64,000 nt of DNA from positions 235,928 to 299,927 of the forward strand of contig CAYMXN010000001.1 of the NCBI GenBank assembly GCA_964394435.1, given 5' to 3'. Source of the stretch: an uncultured Candidatus Saccharibacteria bacterium. Its GTDB lineage: Bacteria; Patescibacteriota; Minisyncoccia; UBA6257; 1-14-0-10-44-23. Both the position numbers and the translations under genes were made by a program. The notes beneath the pieces are model-generated. The model was not told where the DNA came from. It searched no databases and saw only the letters and a list, made by a program, of their open reading frames with translations. This document shows positions 8,763-17,216 of this stretch, in pieces. Positions within the stretch are counted from its first letter, which is position 1, and the number at the start of each line of letters is the position of its first letter.

Positions 8763-9598
8763 TTAAACGCGCTTACAAATTTAAGCGGGTCGATTGAGAT
8801 GCCGTTTACCTTCAGCGAAAGGTGTAAGTGTGGTCCGGAAGCGTACCCGGTTTGCCCAACCGTTCCGATGATAGTTCCTTTTTTTACTTTCTGTCCTGGT
8901 CTTACACTCATCGAGTTCAAATGAAGATAGAGCGTCGCAATACCCTGTCCGTGATCGACGATAACCGAGTTGCCGTAAATCGAATCGAGATACGCTTTTT
9001 GTACTACCCCGTCGTTGATGACCGCCACTGGCGTACCAACTTTAGCAGTAAAGTCTACTCCGTAGTGATGAGTTACTTCGGTGCCAGTTTTGCGCGTCTC
9101 GCCATATGTACTGCCAATATTACGATTATCGTAAAGCGGCAGACCAAACCCACTCGTAAAATATATTTCCGGTGTTTTAGTTTCGAGATCTTTATTAATC
9201 TGGGTATTTGAGGTAGCTAAACTTTGCGTAAGCTGTTTTGGCGTAAGATTAAGCTTTTCTGGCACGGGAAGATTAATAACCGTAAATACTCCCGGGCGAA
9301 CGGTAAGTGTTTTTTCATACGTTGTCTGGTCTTCAAACGTAATGACTAGTTTGTGTGCTCCAGCCTTGGTCGCAAACGCGATTGGCACGAGCGCCCGATA
9401 CCCTCCTTGATACGCGAAGAGCGGAACTTCTTGGGCGTCATACATCACTTTGACTGGCTTTACCTCATTACTTATTTTGATTACGACAGTCTCTCCTTGG
9501 CGCGGGGTAAGTGTAGAAAAATTTGGCGCCGTAGCGTAAGCGTTTATTGCTAGGGCGAGTGCACATATCGAAATTATAAACGGGGATAATCGTCTCAT
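8759..9598 (-). CDS. M23 family (LytM-like) metallopeptidase
   Basis: HYGVDFTAKVGTPV and GPHLHLSLKVNG motifs, with an N-terminal signal peptide. Confidence 0.85.
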   Translation of the reverse strand: MRRLSPFIISICALALAINAYATAPNFSTLTPRQGETVVIKISNEVKPVKVMYDAQEVPLFAYQGGYRALVPIAFATKAGAHKLVITFEDQTTYEKTLTVRPGVFTVINLPVPEKLNLTPKQLTQSLATSNTQINKDLETKTPEIYFTSGFGLPLYDNRNIGSTYGETRKTGTEVTHHYGVDFTAKVGTPVAVINDGVVQKAYLDSIYGNSVIVDHGQGIATLYLHLNSMSVRPGQKVKKGTIIGTVGQTGYASGPHLHLSLKVNGISIDPLKFVSAFK

Positions 9599-9662
9599 AC
9601 GCGTTTAGTATATCACCAAATAAAACGCCCCCTGCCAATTCTGACTGGGGGCGTTTTATTAT

Positions 9663-9740
9663 TTATCGATTGTGAAGACGAACTTTTTTGCCCTGCCGCT
9701 TATTGTGCTTTCGGCGAGCTAATTTACGCTTTTTATTCAT
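9663..9740 (-). CDS. Possible 25-aa highly basic peptide (MNKKRKLARRKHNKRQGKKVRLHNR), ribosomal bS22-like in composition
   Basis: Hand translation. Lies between the trmH-like stop and a strong terminator (cgccccc...gggggcg plus T-run, 9622-9657). No clear SD. Confidence 0.3.
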   Translation of the reverse strand: MNKKRKLARRKHNKRQGKKVRLHNR

Positions 9741-9782
9741 AGTAGAGCTAGTGTAGCGTATTTTACTTGAATACGCAACGAA

Positions 9783-10394
9783 TTATTTTGTCCCGCGGCG
9801 CAGAAACTCCTTAACTAACTTCGCTTTTTCCCGAGCGGGCAACAGATATTTTTTCATTCCATTTGCTTGGCGCTGACGGGTAATCTCGTATAGGAAAAGT
9901 GTTGCGGCTACAGAGAGATTAAAACTCTCAACCATACCGCGCATCGGGATATATACACACTCATCAGCGAGCTCCGCAGCTTCGACAGAAATTCCTCGAT
10001 GCTCGTTACCCAAAATAATAGCGAGCTTAGGGGCGGTAAATCGAACCTGCTCGATTGATTTACGTTTTTTCCCAGTCAGCGCAGTAGCGACGATGTGATA
10101 CTTCTGCTTACGCAGCTCTTTAATGCACGCTTTAGTCGAAGTGAATACCTTGAAGTCGAGCCATTTATTTGCGGAAGACGAGGTCGCCTTACCGACTCGC
10201 TTTGGGTTAAATGATGTGGCGTCGGACTGATTTTTTCCCGAAAAGATAAAGTATACGTTTTGAAATCCAAACGCGTCCGCGCTACGTAAACACGCCGCCG
10301 CGTTATGTGGATCGTGAATATCTTCAAGTACGAGTACGCCTTGCTGACGCTTACTCGCTACTTCGGTGAGTCGTTTTTTACGCTGAATAGTCAT
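9783..10394 (-). CDS. TrmH/SpoU family RNA 2'-O-methyltransferase
   Basis: Trimmed to MTIQRKKRL; the upstream extension is R/A/P-rich read-through into the GC-rich island. HDPHNAAACLRSADAFG, LGNEHRGIS and SFNLSVA motifs. Confidence 0.8.
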   Translation of the reverse strand: MTIQRKKRLTEVASKRQQGVLVLEDIHDPHNAAACLRSADAFGFQNVYFIFSGKNQSDATSFNPKRVGKATSSSANKWLDFKVFTSTKACIKELRKQKYHIVATALTGKKRKSIEQVRFTAPKLAIILGNEHRGISVEAAELADECVYIPMRGMVESFNLSVAATLFLYEITRQRQANGMKKYLLPAREKAKLVKEFLRRGTK

Positions 10395-10414
10395 TGAGGT
10401 GATTGAAAACTGAA

Positions 10415-10452
10415 CAATAGCGTCGGACAAACGCGCGAGGCGTTTGTCCGAC
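10415..10452 (-). terminator. 13-bp perfect hairpin after the small Cys-rich ORF
   Basis: gtcggacaaacgc-gcgag-gcgtttgtccgac; the trailing T-run is weak. Confidence 0.45.
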
Positions 10453-10459
10453 AAGGGAG

Positions 10460-10690
10460 CTAGGCGTCGAGGCTCTGCCGCGGAGTGCGCGGCGGCTGCT
10501 TGGACGGGCAAAACCCGTGGCACTCCTTGTCTTGGCGCGCGCCACAACACATCTTCTCGCCCTCGAGCGGGTCGATGGGGTACTGGGGTGATGAAGCCTG
10601 CGAACCCTCCACTGCGGGAACTTCAGGCAACAACCCCCTTGGACTAAGAACTGGATCCAGCTCGTCAACAAGCCTAAGCTCAATCGTCAT
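10460..10690 (-). CDS. GC-rich 76-aa Cys-rich peptide (..EGEKMCCGARQDKECHGFCPSKQPP..)
   Basis: ATG at 10690 is preceded by GGGAGG (5-nt gap). Own promoter at 10734-10762 and a hairpin after the stop. 37/60 G+C at 10501-10560. Confidence 0.5.
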   Translation of the reverse strand: MTIELRLVDELDPVLSPRGLLPEVPAVEGSQASSPQYPIDPLEGEKMCCGARQDKECHGFCPSKQPPRTPRQSLDA

Positions 10691-10733
10691 TGCGACCTCC
10701 CTGATGTTTCGCGCGATGCGAAAACACCACCCT

Positions 10734-10762
10734 ACTCTACCTAAGGGCTTTACAAAAGTCAA
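10734..10762 (-). promoter_or_regulatory. Putative promoter TTGACT-N17-TAGAGT
   Basis: Read on the minus strand immediately downstream of the rsmE stop, about 40 nt upstream of the peptide ATG. Confidence 0.5.
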
Positions 10763-10765
10763 AGT

Positions 10766-11464
10766 TTAATGCGTAGCAAGGTAGGTGGCGATCATCGCCG
10801 CTGTTTCGGCGCGTAACGTAAGCTGACCGAGATTGACTGGCTGCAGCCCAGCTGTTTTTGCTTGTTCTATCTCTTCGGTCGAAAACCCTCCTTCGGGACC
10901 GATCCAGATACCAACTGTTTGAATCGGACCGGTAAATACCTTCTGGGCCGGCTCACCGGTGATATCGCAAATACACCCTCGGTCGAATGATTTCGCAAAA
11001 TGGAGTGAGTCAACAAACTGCTCCGGCTCTCTGACTTCCGGAATCTTCCCCCTACCCGACTGCTCCGCCGCTTCCTTAGCTATTTTTTGTAAACGGGCTA
11101 ACTTAATACCCAACTTAACTGTTCGCGCAGTAATAATCGGAATAATAGTCGACGCACCACACTCAACTGCTTTTTGAACCGCCAGTTCAACGTTTTCGTT
11201 TTTCAAAATTGCGAGGTATAGCGTTATCTGACTTGATGGCTCACTCGTATTGGCAGCGACCGACTCGATCTCAACCTCAATCTCGTTTTTGCTAATTTTT
11301 TTCAGTGCCGCTTCAGCCTCAAACCCGTCTTCATTTACTAATATAATCTTTTCACCGATAGCGATCTTGAGTACATTTTTAAGCTGATTGGCGAGCTCGG
11401 CATCAAGTACGCGCGCAAACCCGGCACGGAGTGGTATAGTCACAAAAAAGCGATGAAGTTTCAT
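10766..11464 (-). CDS. rsmE: 16S rRNA (uracil1498-N3)-methyltransferase RsmE
   Basis: 232 aa with MKLHRFFV start, the characteristic PEGGFS segment and RAETAA C-terminal motif. Confidence 0.85.
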   Translation of the reverse strand: MKLHRFFVTIPLRAGFARVLDAELANQLKNVLKIAIGEKIILVNEDGFEAEAALKKISKNEIEVEIESVAANTSEPSSQITLYLAILKNENVELAVQKAVECGASTIIPIITARTVKLGIKLARLQKIAKEAAEQSGRGKIPEVREPEQFVDSLHFAKSFDRGCICDITGEPAQKVFTGPIQTVGIWIGPEGGFSTEEIEQAKTAGLQPVNLGQLTLRAETAAMIATYLATH

Positions 11465-11537
11465 ATTGATAGATTATTGATATAACCATAACACCGCCCA
11501 GGCTCGTCGTGAAGACGTGCGCTGGGCGGCGAGAAAT

Positions 11538-12026
11538 CTAGCTTGCCAAACTCCAGTACCGCTCAAATGGTATCGGAGTGCCATCGTGACGAGAAAAAAT
11601 CGGAGATGATGATACCCGCAGGATGTCGTGGATGACCTTCATTGGCCAAGCGAGCAGTTCGGGCAGAAACGCGTCGCCAAGTCCATCGATGCTTCGGCCG
11701 TCCCAACCACCAGAGATGAGCGCCGACCGAATCACTCCAGAGAAATCAGTGAACTCATCTGGACGCCAGAGTATCTCTGGTCGGAGCTTGGCAACATTAA
11801 GCGTTGCGAAACCCGGAGCGTTTTCGACGAAACGGAATCCCGCCCGAATAAACGCATCTCGCTGCACTCCTTCGTCGGGCTCGATCATAATCGCACCATA
11901 AGAGTCGGTTTGATCCAGATGAACATTGAACCAAATCCACAGGTCAACGACTCGAGACCCCAAGCCACTCAATCGGTCGAGACACTTCGCGTGAATGTCA
12001 TTAAACACGAAGACACCCTTAATCAT
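11538..12026 (-). CDS. Hypothetical protein (162 aa), moderately GC-rich orphan
   Basis: Trimmed to MIKGVFVFND, which has a perfect TAAGGAGG SD 6 nt upstream. Terminator hairpin ccgcccagcg...cctgggcgg downstream. No family recognised. Confidence 0.6.
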   Translation of the reverse strand: MIKGVFVFNDIHAKCLDRLSGLGSRVVDLWIWFNVHLDQTDSYGAIMIEPDEGVQRDAFIRAGFRFVENAPGFATLNVAKLRPEILWRPDEFTDFSGVIRSALISGGWDGRSIDGLGDAFLPELLAWPMKVIHDILRVSSSPIFSRHDGTPIPFERYWSLAS

Positions 12027-12083
12027 AGCTACCTCCTTAAGAACTATTCTTAGGGTATGCCGCTCCCTTTTTTCTGTCAAAAA

Positions 12084-12527
12084 TTATTCCGAACTTCCAA
12101 ACGGCTTTAGCTGTGATGCGAGACTAAATGCGAGTGCGATAATAACCAGGTTTTTAATAATATACTGCCCTTCAAGCGTTGGAGTTAGAACTCCTTGCCA
12201 AGTAATTGTCGGCAAAAGCACAAGCGGCATAAATGTCGTAATCATATGCGGGATAAGCAGCGCGATTGAGAGTCGCTCTCCACGTGGAATCAAAAACGAT
12301 ATACCGATAAGCATCTCATAGACACCAAAGCAGAAAATAAACTGGCTAAAAGTAACAAATGGCAACGTCGCCTGTTGAAGCTGCTCAACGAGCGGATTAG
12401 CCGGGCTTGTACCAATAAGTTTTAATATCCCGAACCAGAAAAACACTACGAATAATGCGATCCGACTTAGCGCGGGGGTGATACGGCGCAGAAATGCGAT
12501 AACATATCGGTCAAATTGTGCAATCAT
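12084..12527 (-). CDS. Small integral membrane protein (4 TM, DoxX/YkgB-like)
   Basis: Hydrophobic helices throughout; the family assignment is tentative. Confidence 0.6.
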   Translation of the reverse strand: MIAQFDRYVIAFLRRITPALSRIALFVVFFWFGILKLIGTSPANPLVEQLQQATLPFVTFSQFIFCFGVYEMLIGISFLIPRGERLSIALLIPHMITTFMPLVLLPTITWQGVLTPTLEGQYIIKNLVIIALAFSLASQLKPFGSSE

Positions 12528-12549
12528 ATACTCTTAGTATATCAAATTC

Positions 12550-13794
12550 TTAAGCGTTTGAGCCCGCGACCCAGCCGGTCGTCCAGCACAGCTGCAACGA
12601 GTATCCGCCCGACGGACGATTAATATTTAAAAGATCACCGGTAATTGAAAGATTTTTACAGCGTTTTGAACGCATTGTTTTGGTATCAACTTCATTCATC
12701 ATCACACCCCCATCGGCTACTACGGCGCGATTGCCGTCCATTAAGCTGGTGATGGTCAGCGGAAGACCCTTAAGCGTATCGACAATTTTACGCCGCTGCT
12801 CTTTAGTAATGCTGTGTACTTTAGTATCTAGGTTTATCTCGATGAGAGCGAGGGCCACGCCTGGCGCCATACCCTCTGGCACTATCTCCTTGAGTACATT
12901 TTTGAGTAGTTTATTTTTATTAGCTTCAAAAATCGAAAGGATTCGAGCGTCGAGCGCGCCGATATCCGTCGTTGGATAGAGGTCGATATATGTCGTCACC
13001 TCGCCTTCGTGTAATAAGTCACCCACCTTACTCGCAAGGTTGAGAATTGTCGGACCAGAGATGCCAAAGTGGGTAAAAAGCACCTTTCCTTTTTCAGAGA
13101 AATGTTTCTTGCCATCTACGAAGAAAGTCAATTTAACCCCTTCAACCGAGATACCAGAAAGTGTGTGCCCCCACTGCTCGCTCGTCGCCAAGGGAACGAG
13201 GCTTGGCGTTGGCGTTTTGACGGTGTGCCCGAGCTCGCGTAGCCAATCAAAGCCGTCGCCCGTTGAGCCAGTTTCGGGATGCGAAACACCGCCGGTAGCG
13301 AGAATATACTGTTGCGCGGTATACATATCTCCTCCCGCGATAACGCCGTCAATCTTTCCATCTGAACTCTGAATACGCTCCACAGCTGCTCCGGTCTTTA
13401 TCTCTACCTTGCCTTTCTGCATATATCGAGTGAGCGCACTAACTACATCAACTGCCCGCTCTGTTTTTGGAAAAGCACGGTTGTGCGCTTGAGTTACGAT
13501 AGGCAAACCCAGCGCCTCAAAAAAAGTAAACGTCTCTTTTACGCCAAATTGCGCAAATGGTGAAAATAAAAATGGCGCAGCATCGCCGTACTTTTCGAGC
13601 AAAACGCGAACATCTGGAGTTGCGTTGGTTATATTGCATCTTCCTCCGCCAGAGATTTCTAGTTTTTTCCCAAGCTTTTTATTTTTTTCGAGCAAAAGAA
13701 CGCGCTTACCAAGCGCGGCTGCCCGGCCAGCAGCCATCATTCCAGACGCACCTCCGCCGATGACTATTACGTCGTATTGCTTTGAAGGGTTCAT
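12550..13794 (-). CDS. FAD-dependent oxidoreductase, HI0933/BaiN-like flavoprotein
   Basis: Trimmed to MNPSKQYDVIVIGGGASGMMAAG (GxGxxG dinucleotide fold). GGGRCNITN motif typical of the HI0933 family. Confidence 0.8.
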   Translation of the reverse strand: MNPSKQYDVIVIGGGASGMMAAGRAAALGKRVLLLEKNKKLGKKLEISGGGRCNITNATPDVRVLLEKYGDAAPFLFSPFAQFGVKETFTFFEALGLPIVTQAHNRAFPKTERAVDVVSALTRYMQKGKVEIKTGAAVERIQSSDGKIDGVIAGGDMYTAQQYILATGGVSHPETGSTGDGFDWLRELGHTVKTPTPSLVPLATSEQWGHTLSGISVEGVKLTFFVDGKKHFSEKGKVLFTHFGISGPTILNLASKVGDLLHEGEVTTYIDLYPTTDIGALDARILSIFEANKNKLLKNVLKEIVPEGMAPGVALALIEINLDTKVHSITKEQRRKIVDTLKGLPLTITSLMDGNRAVVADGGVMMNEVDTKTMRSKRCKNLSITGDLLNINRPSGGYSLQLCWTTGWVAGSNA

Positions 13795-13956
13795 TGGTGT
13801 GGACCTAGGCGGAATCGGACCGCCGCTTCGTCCTTGCAAAGGACGCACACTACCATTATGTTATAGGCCCAGTAAGTGATGTATTTAAAATAGCCGAAAC
13901 AGGCCAAAAAGAAAAGGAGGTGGCAGCCGGAGAACCCGAAAGCCACCTCGTACTAC

Positions 13957-14433
13957 TTAGGCCGAACTAACCAGGCGCGGACGACGCGAGCGCTCGTCGC
14001 AAAGGTGCGGACCGTACATCCGCATATACTCCTCGCGGGGCAGCGTCTGCACTAGATAGCCTAGGATGCGATGCATCAACTCGTCGTGCCGGGGGTTGTC
14101 TGAAAACCACTCCTCGCAAAGACGATCGATCTCTGTCTTATCCGGCGTCTCTTCGACAGGGATTCGCAGAAAAAGTCGGATGAGATCGGCGCCAGTCGAA
14201 GTATCGCCGAGACGGAGAACATCCCCAAATGGAACCTCGCTAAACCCAAGACTGACATACATCTTGGTCCAAATCTGGAGATATGCGATGACCGCCTTAA
14301 TCTCCGGACTGGGATGGTCGCAAAACGAGATAACCGAGCTGCGCGCCTGCCAGAGCGCCTCTCGATACATACGCTCTACTTCGGCAACTCGCCGCTCTTT
14401 CTGCCGCCTTCGCCACCACCGCAATAGCCTCAT
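13957..14433 (-). CDS. GC-rich hypothetical protein (158 aa)
   Basis: Trimmed to MRLLRWWRRR, which has GGGAGGGAG SD 5 nt upstream. Terminator gaggtggc...gccacctc plus T-run downstream. 35/60 G+C at 14041-14100. Confidence 0.55.
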   Translation of the reverse strand: MRLLRWWRRRQKERRVAEVERMYREALWQARSSVISFCDHPSPEIKAVIAYLQIWTKMYVSLGFSEVPFGDVLRLGDTSTGADLIRLFLRIPVEETPDKTEIDRLCEEWFSDNPRHDELMHRILGYLVQTLPREEYMRMYGPHLCDERSRRPRLVSSA

Positions 14434-14520
14434 ACAACTCCCTCCCATTTGCGCTGCTCGCCTATACAGCGCAAGCAAAGACAGTACCATTTTTATCAAA
14501 AAACAACAAGGCCATTTTGG

Positions 14521-14558
14521 GAAAATAAAATAACCCCGTCAACAAACGCTGACGGGGT
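14521..14558 (-). terminator. Intrinsic terminator
   Basis: accccgtc-agcgtttgtt-gacggggt followed by tattttatttt on the minus strand. Confidence 0.75.
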
Positions 14559-14569
14559 CGTACAAATCC

Positions 14570-15001
14570 CTAGGCTACCCACCGGAACGCTATGCCATGG
14601 AGATACTGCTGGTACTCCTGCTCAAAATCGGCACGGCCGTACGCCCCAAGTCCGACGAAATCTTCGATTCGATCATCCGCAGTCTTCTGGAAGATCTCGG
14701 CATCAATCAGGGCAAATACGATTTCACCAAGACAACGAGCATCTCTAATGCCAAGCTCACCCAAGACTGTGTGAGCGGCTAAGCCAAACTCCTGGAGTGC
14801 AAATGGCTTGAGGCTTGCTTCGAGCTCGACGCCAGAAACGTGCTTTTTCAAATTACCAGGGTTTAGTCGGTTGAGCGTATAGTCGAGCAACGCCGATACA
14901 AAGTGTAGCGCTTCGAGACCACACCCTATTCTCCGCGACGCCTCCATGAATCGGCGATATGAACGCTCAACGTCATCTTCTGCACCCTTAGTCGAGTCCA
15001 T
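14570..15001 (-). CDS. Minf_1886/TIGR04138-like protein of unknown function
   Basis: HVSGVELEASLKPFALQEFGLAAHTVLGELGI...GEIVFALIDAEIFQKTADDRIEDF matches my recollection of the family signature (HVSG.EL...FG....VL..WG...DFGEIVF.L...G.L.KT..D..EDF). GGAGGG SD. Confidence 0.55.
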   Translation of the reverse strand: MDSTKGAEDDVERSYRRFMEASRRIGCGLEALHFVSALLDYTLNRLNPGNLKKHVSGVELEASLKPFALQEFGLAAHTVLGELGIRDARCLGEIVFALIDAEIFQKTADDRIEDFVGLGAYGRADFEQEYQQYLHGIAFRWVA

Positions 15002-15052
15002 ACACCGCCCTCCACAAATGAGCCTATCTTAACCTAGCAAATGAGATGCCCT

Positions 15053-15307
15053 TCAGGCAACCTTGCGCTCATTTTTAAGAAGTTGCTCTTTATTCCCTCT
15101 TAATCCGTTATAACCTCCAACTGTTCCGTCGGATTTAATAACCCGATGGCACGGAATACTTTTGTCAGTATTTTTACCCAAAATAGTCCCCACGGCACGA
15201 TAAGCGTTTGGCCGACCAGCATACGCCGCAACCTGCTTATAGCTCAACGTCTTTCCTTTGGGAATCTTGCGGACGATTTCGTATACTGCTTTTGTAAAAT
15301 CAGTCAT
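15053..15307 (-). CDS. Methylated-DNA--protein-cysteine methyltransferase, DNA-binding/active-site domain only
   Basis: 84 aa with IPCHRVI active-site motif and the C-terminal MGMT domain fold pattern. Confidence 0.8.
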   Translation of the reverse strand: MTDFTKAVYEIVRKIPKGKTLSYKQVAAYAGRPNAYRAVGTILGKNTDKSIPCHRVIKSDGTVGGYNGLRGNKEQLLKNERKVA

Positions 15308-15582
15308 CGGGGGTGTTTGCGCATGTTTTCATCACTCCAATTCCACCAAAGCAACAGTCCGGGCTTGTGAGTTTTGTTTGAAGCGTAATATACGGCGCAC
15401 CGGAGCACGTACAACATACACCGATCAATTTGTACGCCCTGTTGTTTACACATTTTCGCATACAACTTTTCGGGGTTTTGATTCTTAAGACAACTCGGGC
15501 GGTCGATGCCGATCGCGCGTAAATCAACGGCGATACTTCTACCTACTCCTGGAATTGACTCAAGTCCCTTTCCGGTCTTCAT
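15304..15582 (-). CDS. Helix-hairpin-helix (Cdd1/pathogenicity-locus-like) domain protein
   Basis: Trimmed to MKTGKGLESIPGVGRSIA (HhH GVG motif). Its stop overlaps the MGMT start (ATGA), which suggests coupling. Confidence 0.6.
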   Translation of the reverse strand: MKTGKGLESIPGVGRSIAVDLRAIGIDRPSCLKNQNPEKLYAKMCKQQGVQIDRCMLYVLRCAVYYASNKTHKPGLLLWWNWSDENMRKHPR

Positions 15583-15648
15583 GTGCTTATTGTAGCAAAT
15601 TAAAACACCCCGGGCGGTTGCTCTAGCGCTCAAGGGTGTTTTTTACGT

Positions 15649-16152
15649 CTATTTACAGACCAGTGGGTAAGTAATCGAATCGTTACAATGCCTACGTTCA
15701 CCTATTAGCTTAGGCCGAATCCTTAACCTTACTGTTCCTGCCATTATCTCATCTTCCCAGTATATCCATTTCTGCTCTCCTGACCGAAGCGTTACGGAGG
15801 TATTATGATACTCAGTTGTTTTTTCAGGGGTATCGCGAAGGTCGACGAGCGAAAATCCTGAAAGGTTTGTCTCGGCAGCAATCATCGATATTTCAATTGG
15901 AGCACCTGAATTATAGAAGAGCGCCTTCCCTCCCGAATACCAACCATCCCCTGAAATCGACGCTCTTTTTATGCCACAGCTCGCTTCTTTGATACTAACT
16001 TGAACCTGAGCACATACAACTGGCTCGCCCCCCTTAGGCTCCTTCGATGGGATAGATGTGCGAGCTAAGATAAATCCAAAAAGAGCTGGAAGAATAACCA
16101 CTAGGATAATTATCACTACTATTGCGATGATGAGATATTTTAGGATTTTCAT
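15649..16152 (-). CDS. Membrane-anchored hypothetical protein
   Basis: N-terminal TM (YLIIAIVVIIILVVILPALFGFIL); no family recognised. Confidence 0.6.
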   Translation of the reverse strand: MKILKYLIIAIVVIIILVVILPALFGFILARTSIPSKEPKGGEPVVCAQVQVSIKEASCGIKRASISGDGWYSGGKALFYNSGAPIEISMIAAETNLSGFSLVDLRDTPEKTTEYHNTSVTLRSGEQKWIYWEDEIMAGTVRLRIRPKLIGERRHCNDSITYPLVCK

Positions 16153-16153
16153 A

Positions 16154-16567
16154 TTACACCCAGTAGATCAGAACTAGCGCCATCGCGAGCAATGAAACAA
16201 ACGAGTGCGCGGCGTTAAAGGCAAAGAGTGCGAATGAACGCCCCTCCCAAAGCCACTTACCAGCGAGCGTTGGCATCGTAAAGCCGAGCCACGGCCAAAA
16301 TGCGAGCTGGAGTGCGCCGAGTACGCCAACGAGCGGAAACGGTGTTACTGCACTAATCCAGGCGAGTACCCAAGCGGTCAGAAAAGTCATGACAAATCCA
16401 AGCGTCATCGCGGTGCCCGCGGTCATCTTCATCGCCTTCATGCTCTCCGGCGTAAATCCCTCAAGTGCCATCCACTTCTTTCCAAGGATCGGACCATGCC
16501 ACATCCAACCGACGAAATACGCTGCGATAGTTGCTACTAAAATGTGTACGTAGTTAAGTTCAATCAT
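16154..16567 (-). CDS. DUF1761-like membrane protein
   Basis: 137 aa, 4 TM, N-terminal pattern ILVATIAAYFVGWMWHGPILGKKW. Confidence 0.6.
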   Translation of the reverse strand: MIELNYVHILVATIAAYFVGWMWHGPILGKKWMALEGFTPESMKAMKMTAGTAMTLGFVMTFLTAWVLAWISAVTPFPLVGVLGALQLAFWPWLGFTMPTLAGKWLWEGRSFALFAFNAAHSFVSLLAMALVLIYWV

Positions 16568-16583
16568 ATGTTTATATTAATTT

Positions 16584-16883
16584 TTATGCTTTTTTATCGA
16601 GCTTCTCAAGACGGAGCATTTTGAATCCGAAATAAATTACAGCCGCAATAACAATAAAGTCGATAACAATAGAGACAAAGTCACCCCACATAATCTTTGC
16701 TGACCCGATTTGAAAAAAAGCTTCTTTGAGTCCAGCGGTCGAACCGAGCAGTAAGCCGACTAACGGATTAATAATATCAGTAACGAGCGCCGAGACTACC
16801 TTCGAGACCGCACCGCCGAGGATAAAACCGATCGCGAGACCGATTACCCCTTGGGCGCGTATAAAATCAATAAATCCACGCAT
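16584..16883 (-). CDS. mscL: Large-conductance mechanosensitive channel MscL (short form)
   Basis: MRGFIDFIRAQGVIGLAIGFILGGA...DIINPLVG is a classic MscL N-terminus. Confidence 0.8.
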   Translation of the reverse strand: MRGFIDFIRAQGVIGLAIGFILGGAVSKVVSALVTDIINPLVGLLLGSTAGLKEAFFQIGSAKIMWGDFVSIVIDFIVIAAVIYFGFKMLRLEKLDKKA

Positions 16884-16996
16884 AAGTTAGTTATAATTTG
16901 TAATAAATCAAGTTTAGCAGAACTAATAGCTCAATTAAAGCATCATCCCCTTAAGACTTGAGAAAAAGCCCATTTTCTCTTAAACTCTATCAATAC

Positions 16997-17084
16997 GGAG
17001 GTGTCGCATAGTGGTCTAGTGCGCAGTCCTGGAAAGACTGTGTACCGCAAGGTACCGGAAGTTCGAATCTTCCCACCTCCGCCA
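16997..17084 (+). tRNA. tRNA-Ser (GGA), CCA encoded
   Basis: Acceptor GGAGGTG/CACCTCC. Anticodon arm CAGTC-CTGGAAA-GACTG. Long variable arm TGTACCGCAAGGTACCG. T arm GGAAG-TTCGAAT-CTTCC. Ends in GCCA. Confidence 0.9.
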
Positions 17085-17134
17085 ACACAACGAATTAAAC
17101 CGATTTCTACTTTTTTAAACCTTCGATGACTAAC

Positions 17135-17176
17135 AAAACCCCGCACGTATGACGCGTCATACGTGCGGGGTTTTGC
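17135..17176. terminator. Bidirectional terminator, 16-bp perfect palindrome
   Basis: aaaa-ccccgcacgtatgacg|cgtcatacgtgcgggg-tttt. Confidence 0.8.
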
Positions 17177-17216
17177 TTACTACTTCTGGAAGAGTGATTA
17201 AAAAATTCGAAAGTTG

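Noticed and set aside
6186-14499. N-terminal extensions of listed ORFs (6186..6779, 9783..10550, 10460..10762, 11538..12080, 12550..13848, 13957..14499; likewise 43571..44365 and 56143..57045)
   Set aside because: Each has an internal ATG preceded by a clear Shine-Dalgarno or a signal-peptide-type start. The extensions overlap neighbouring genes, promoters or terminators, or are low-complexity.
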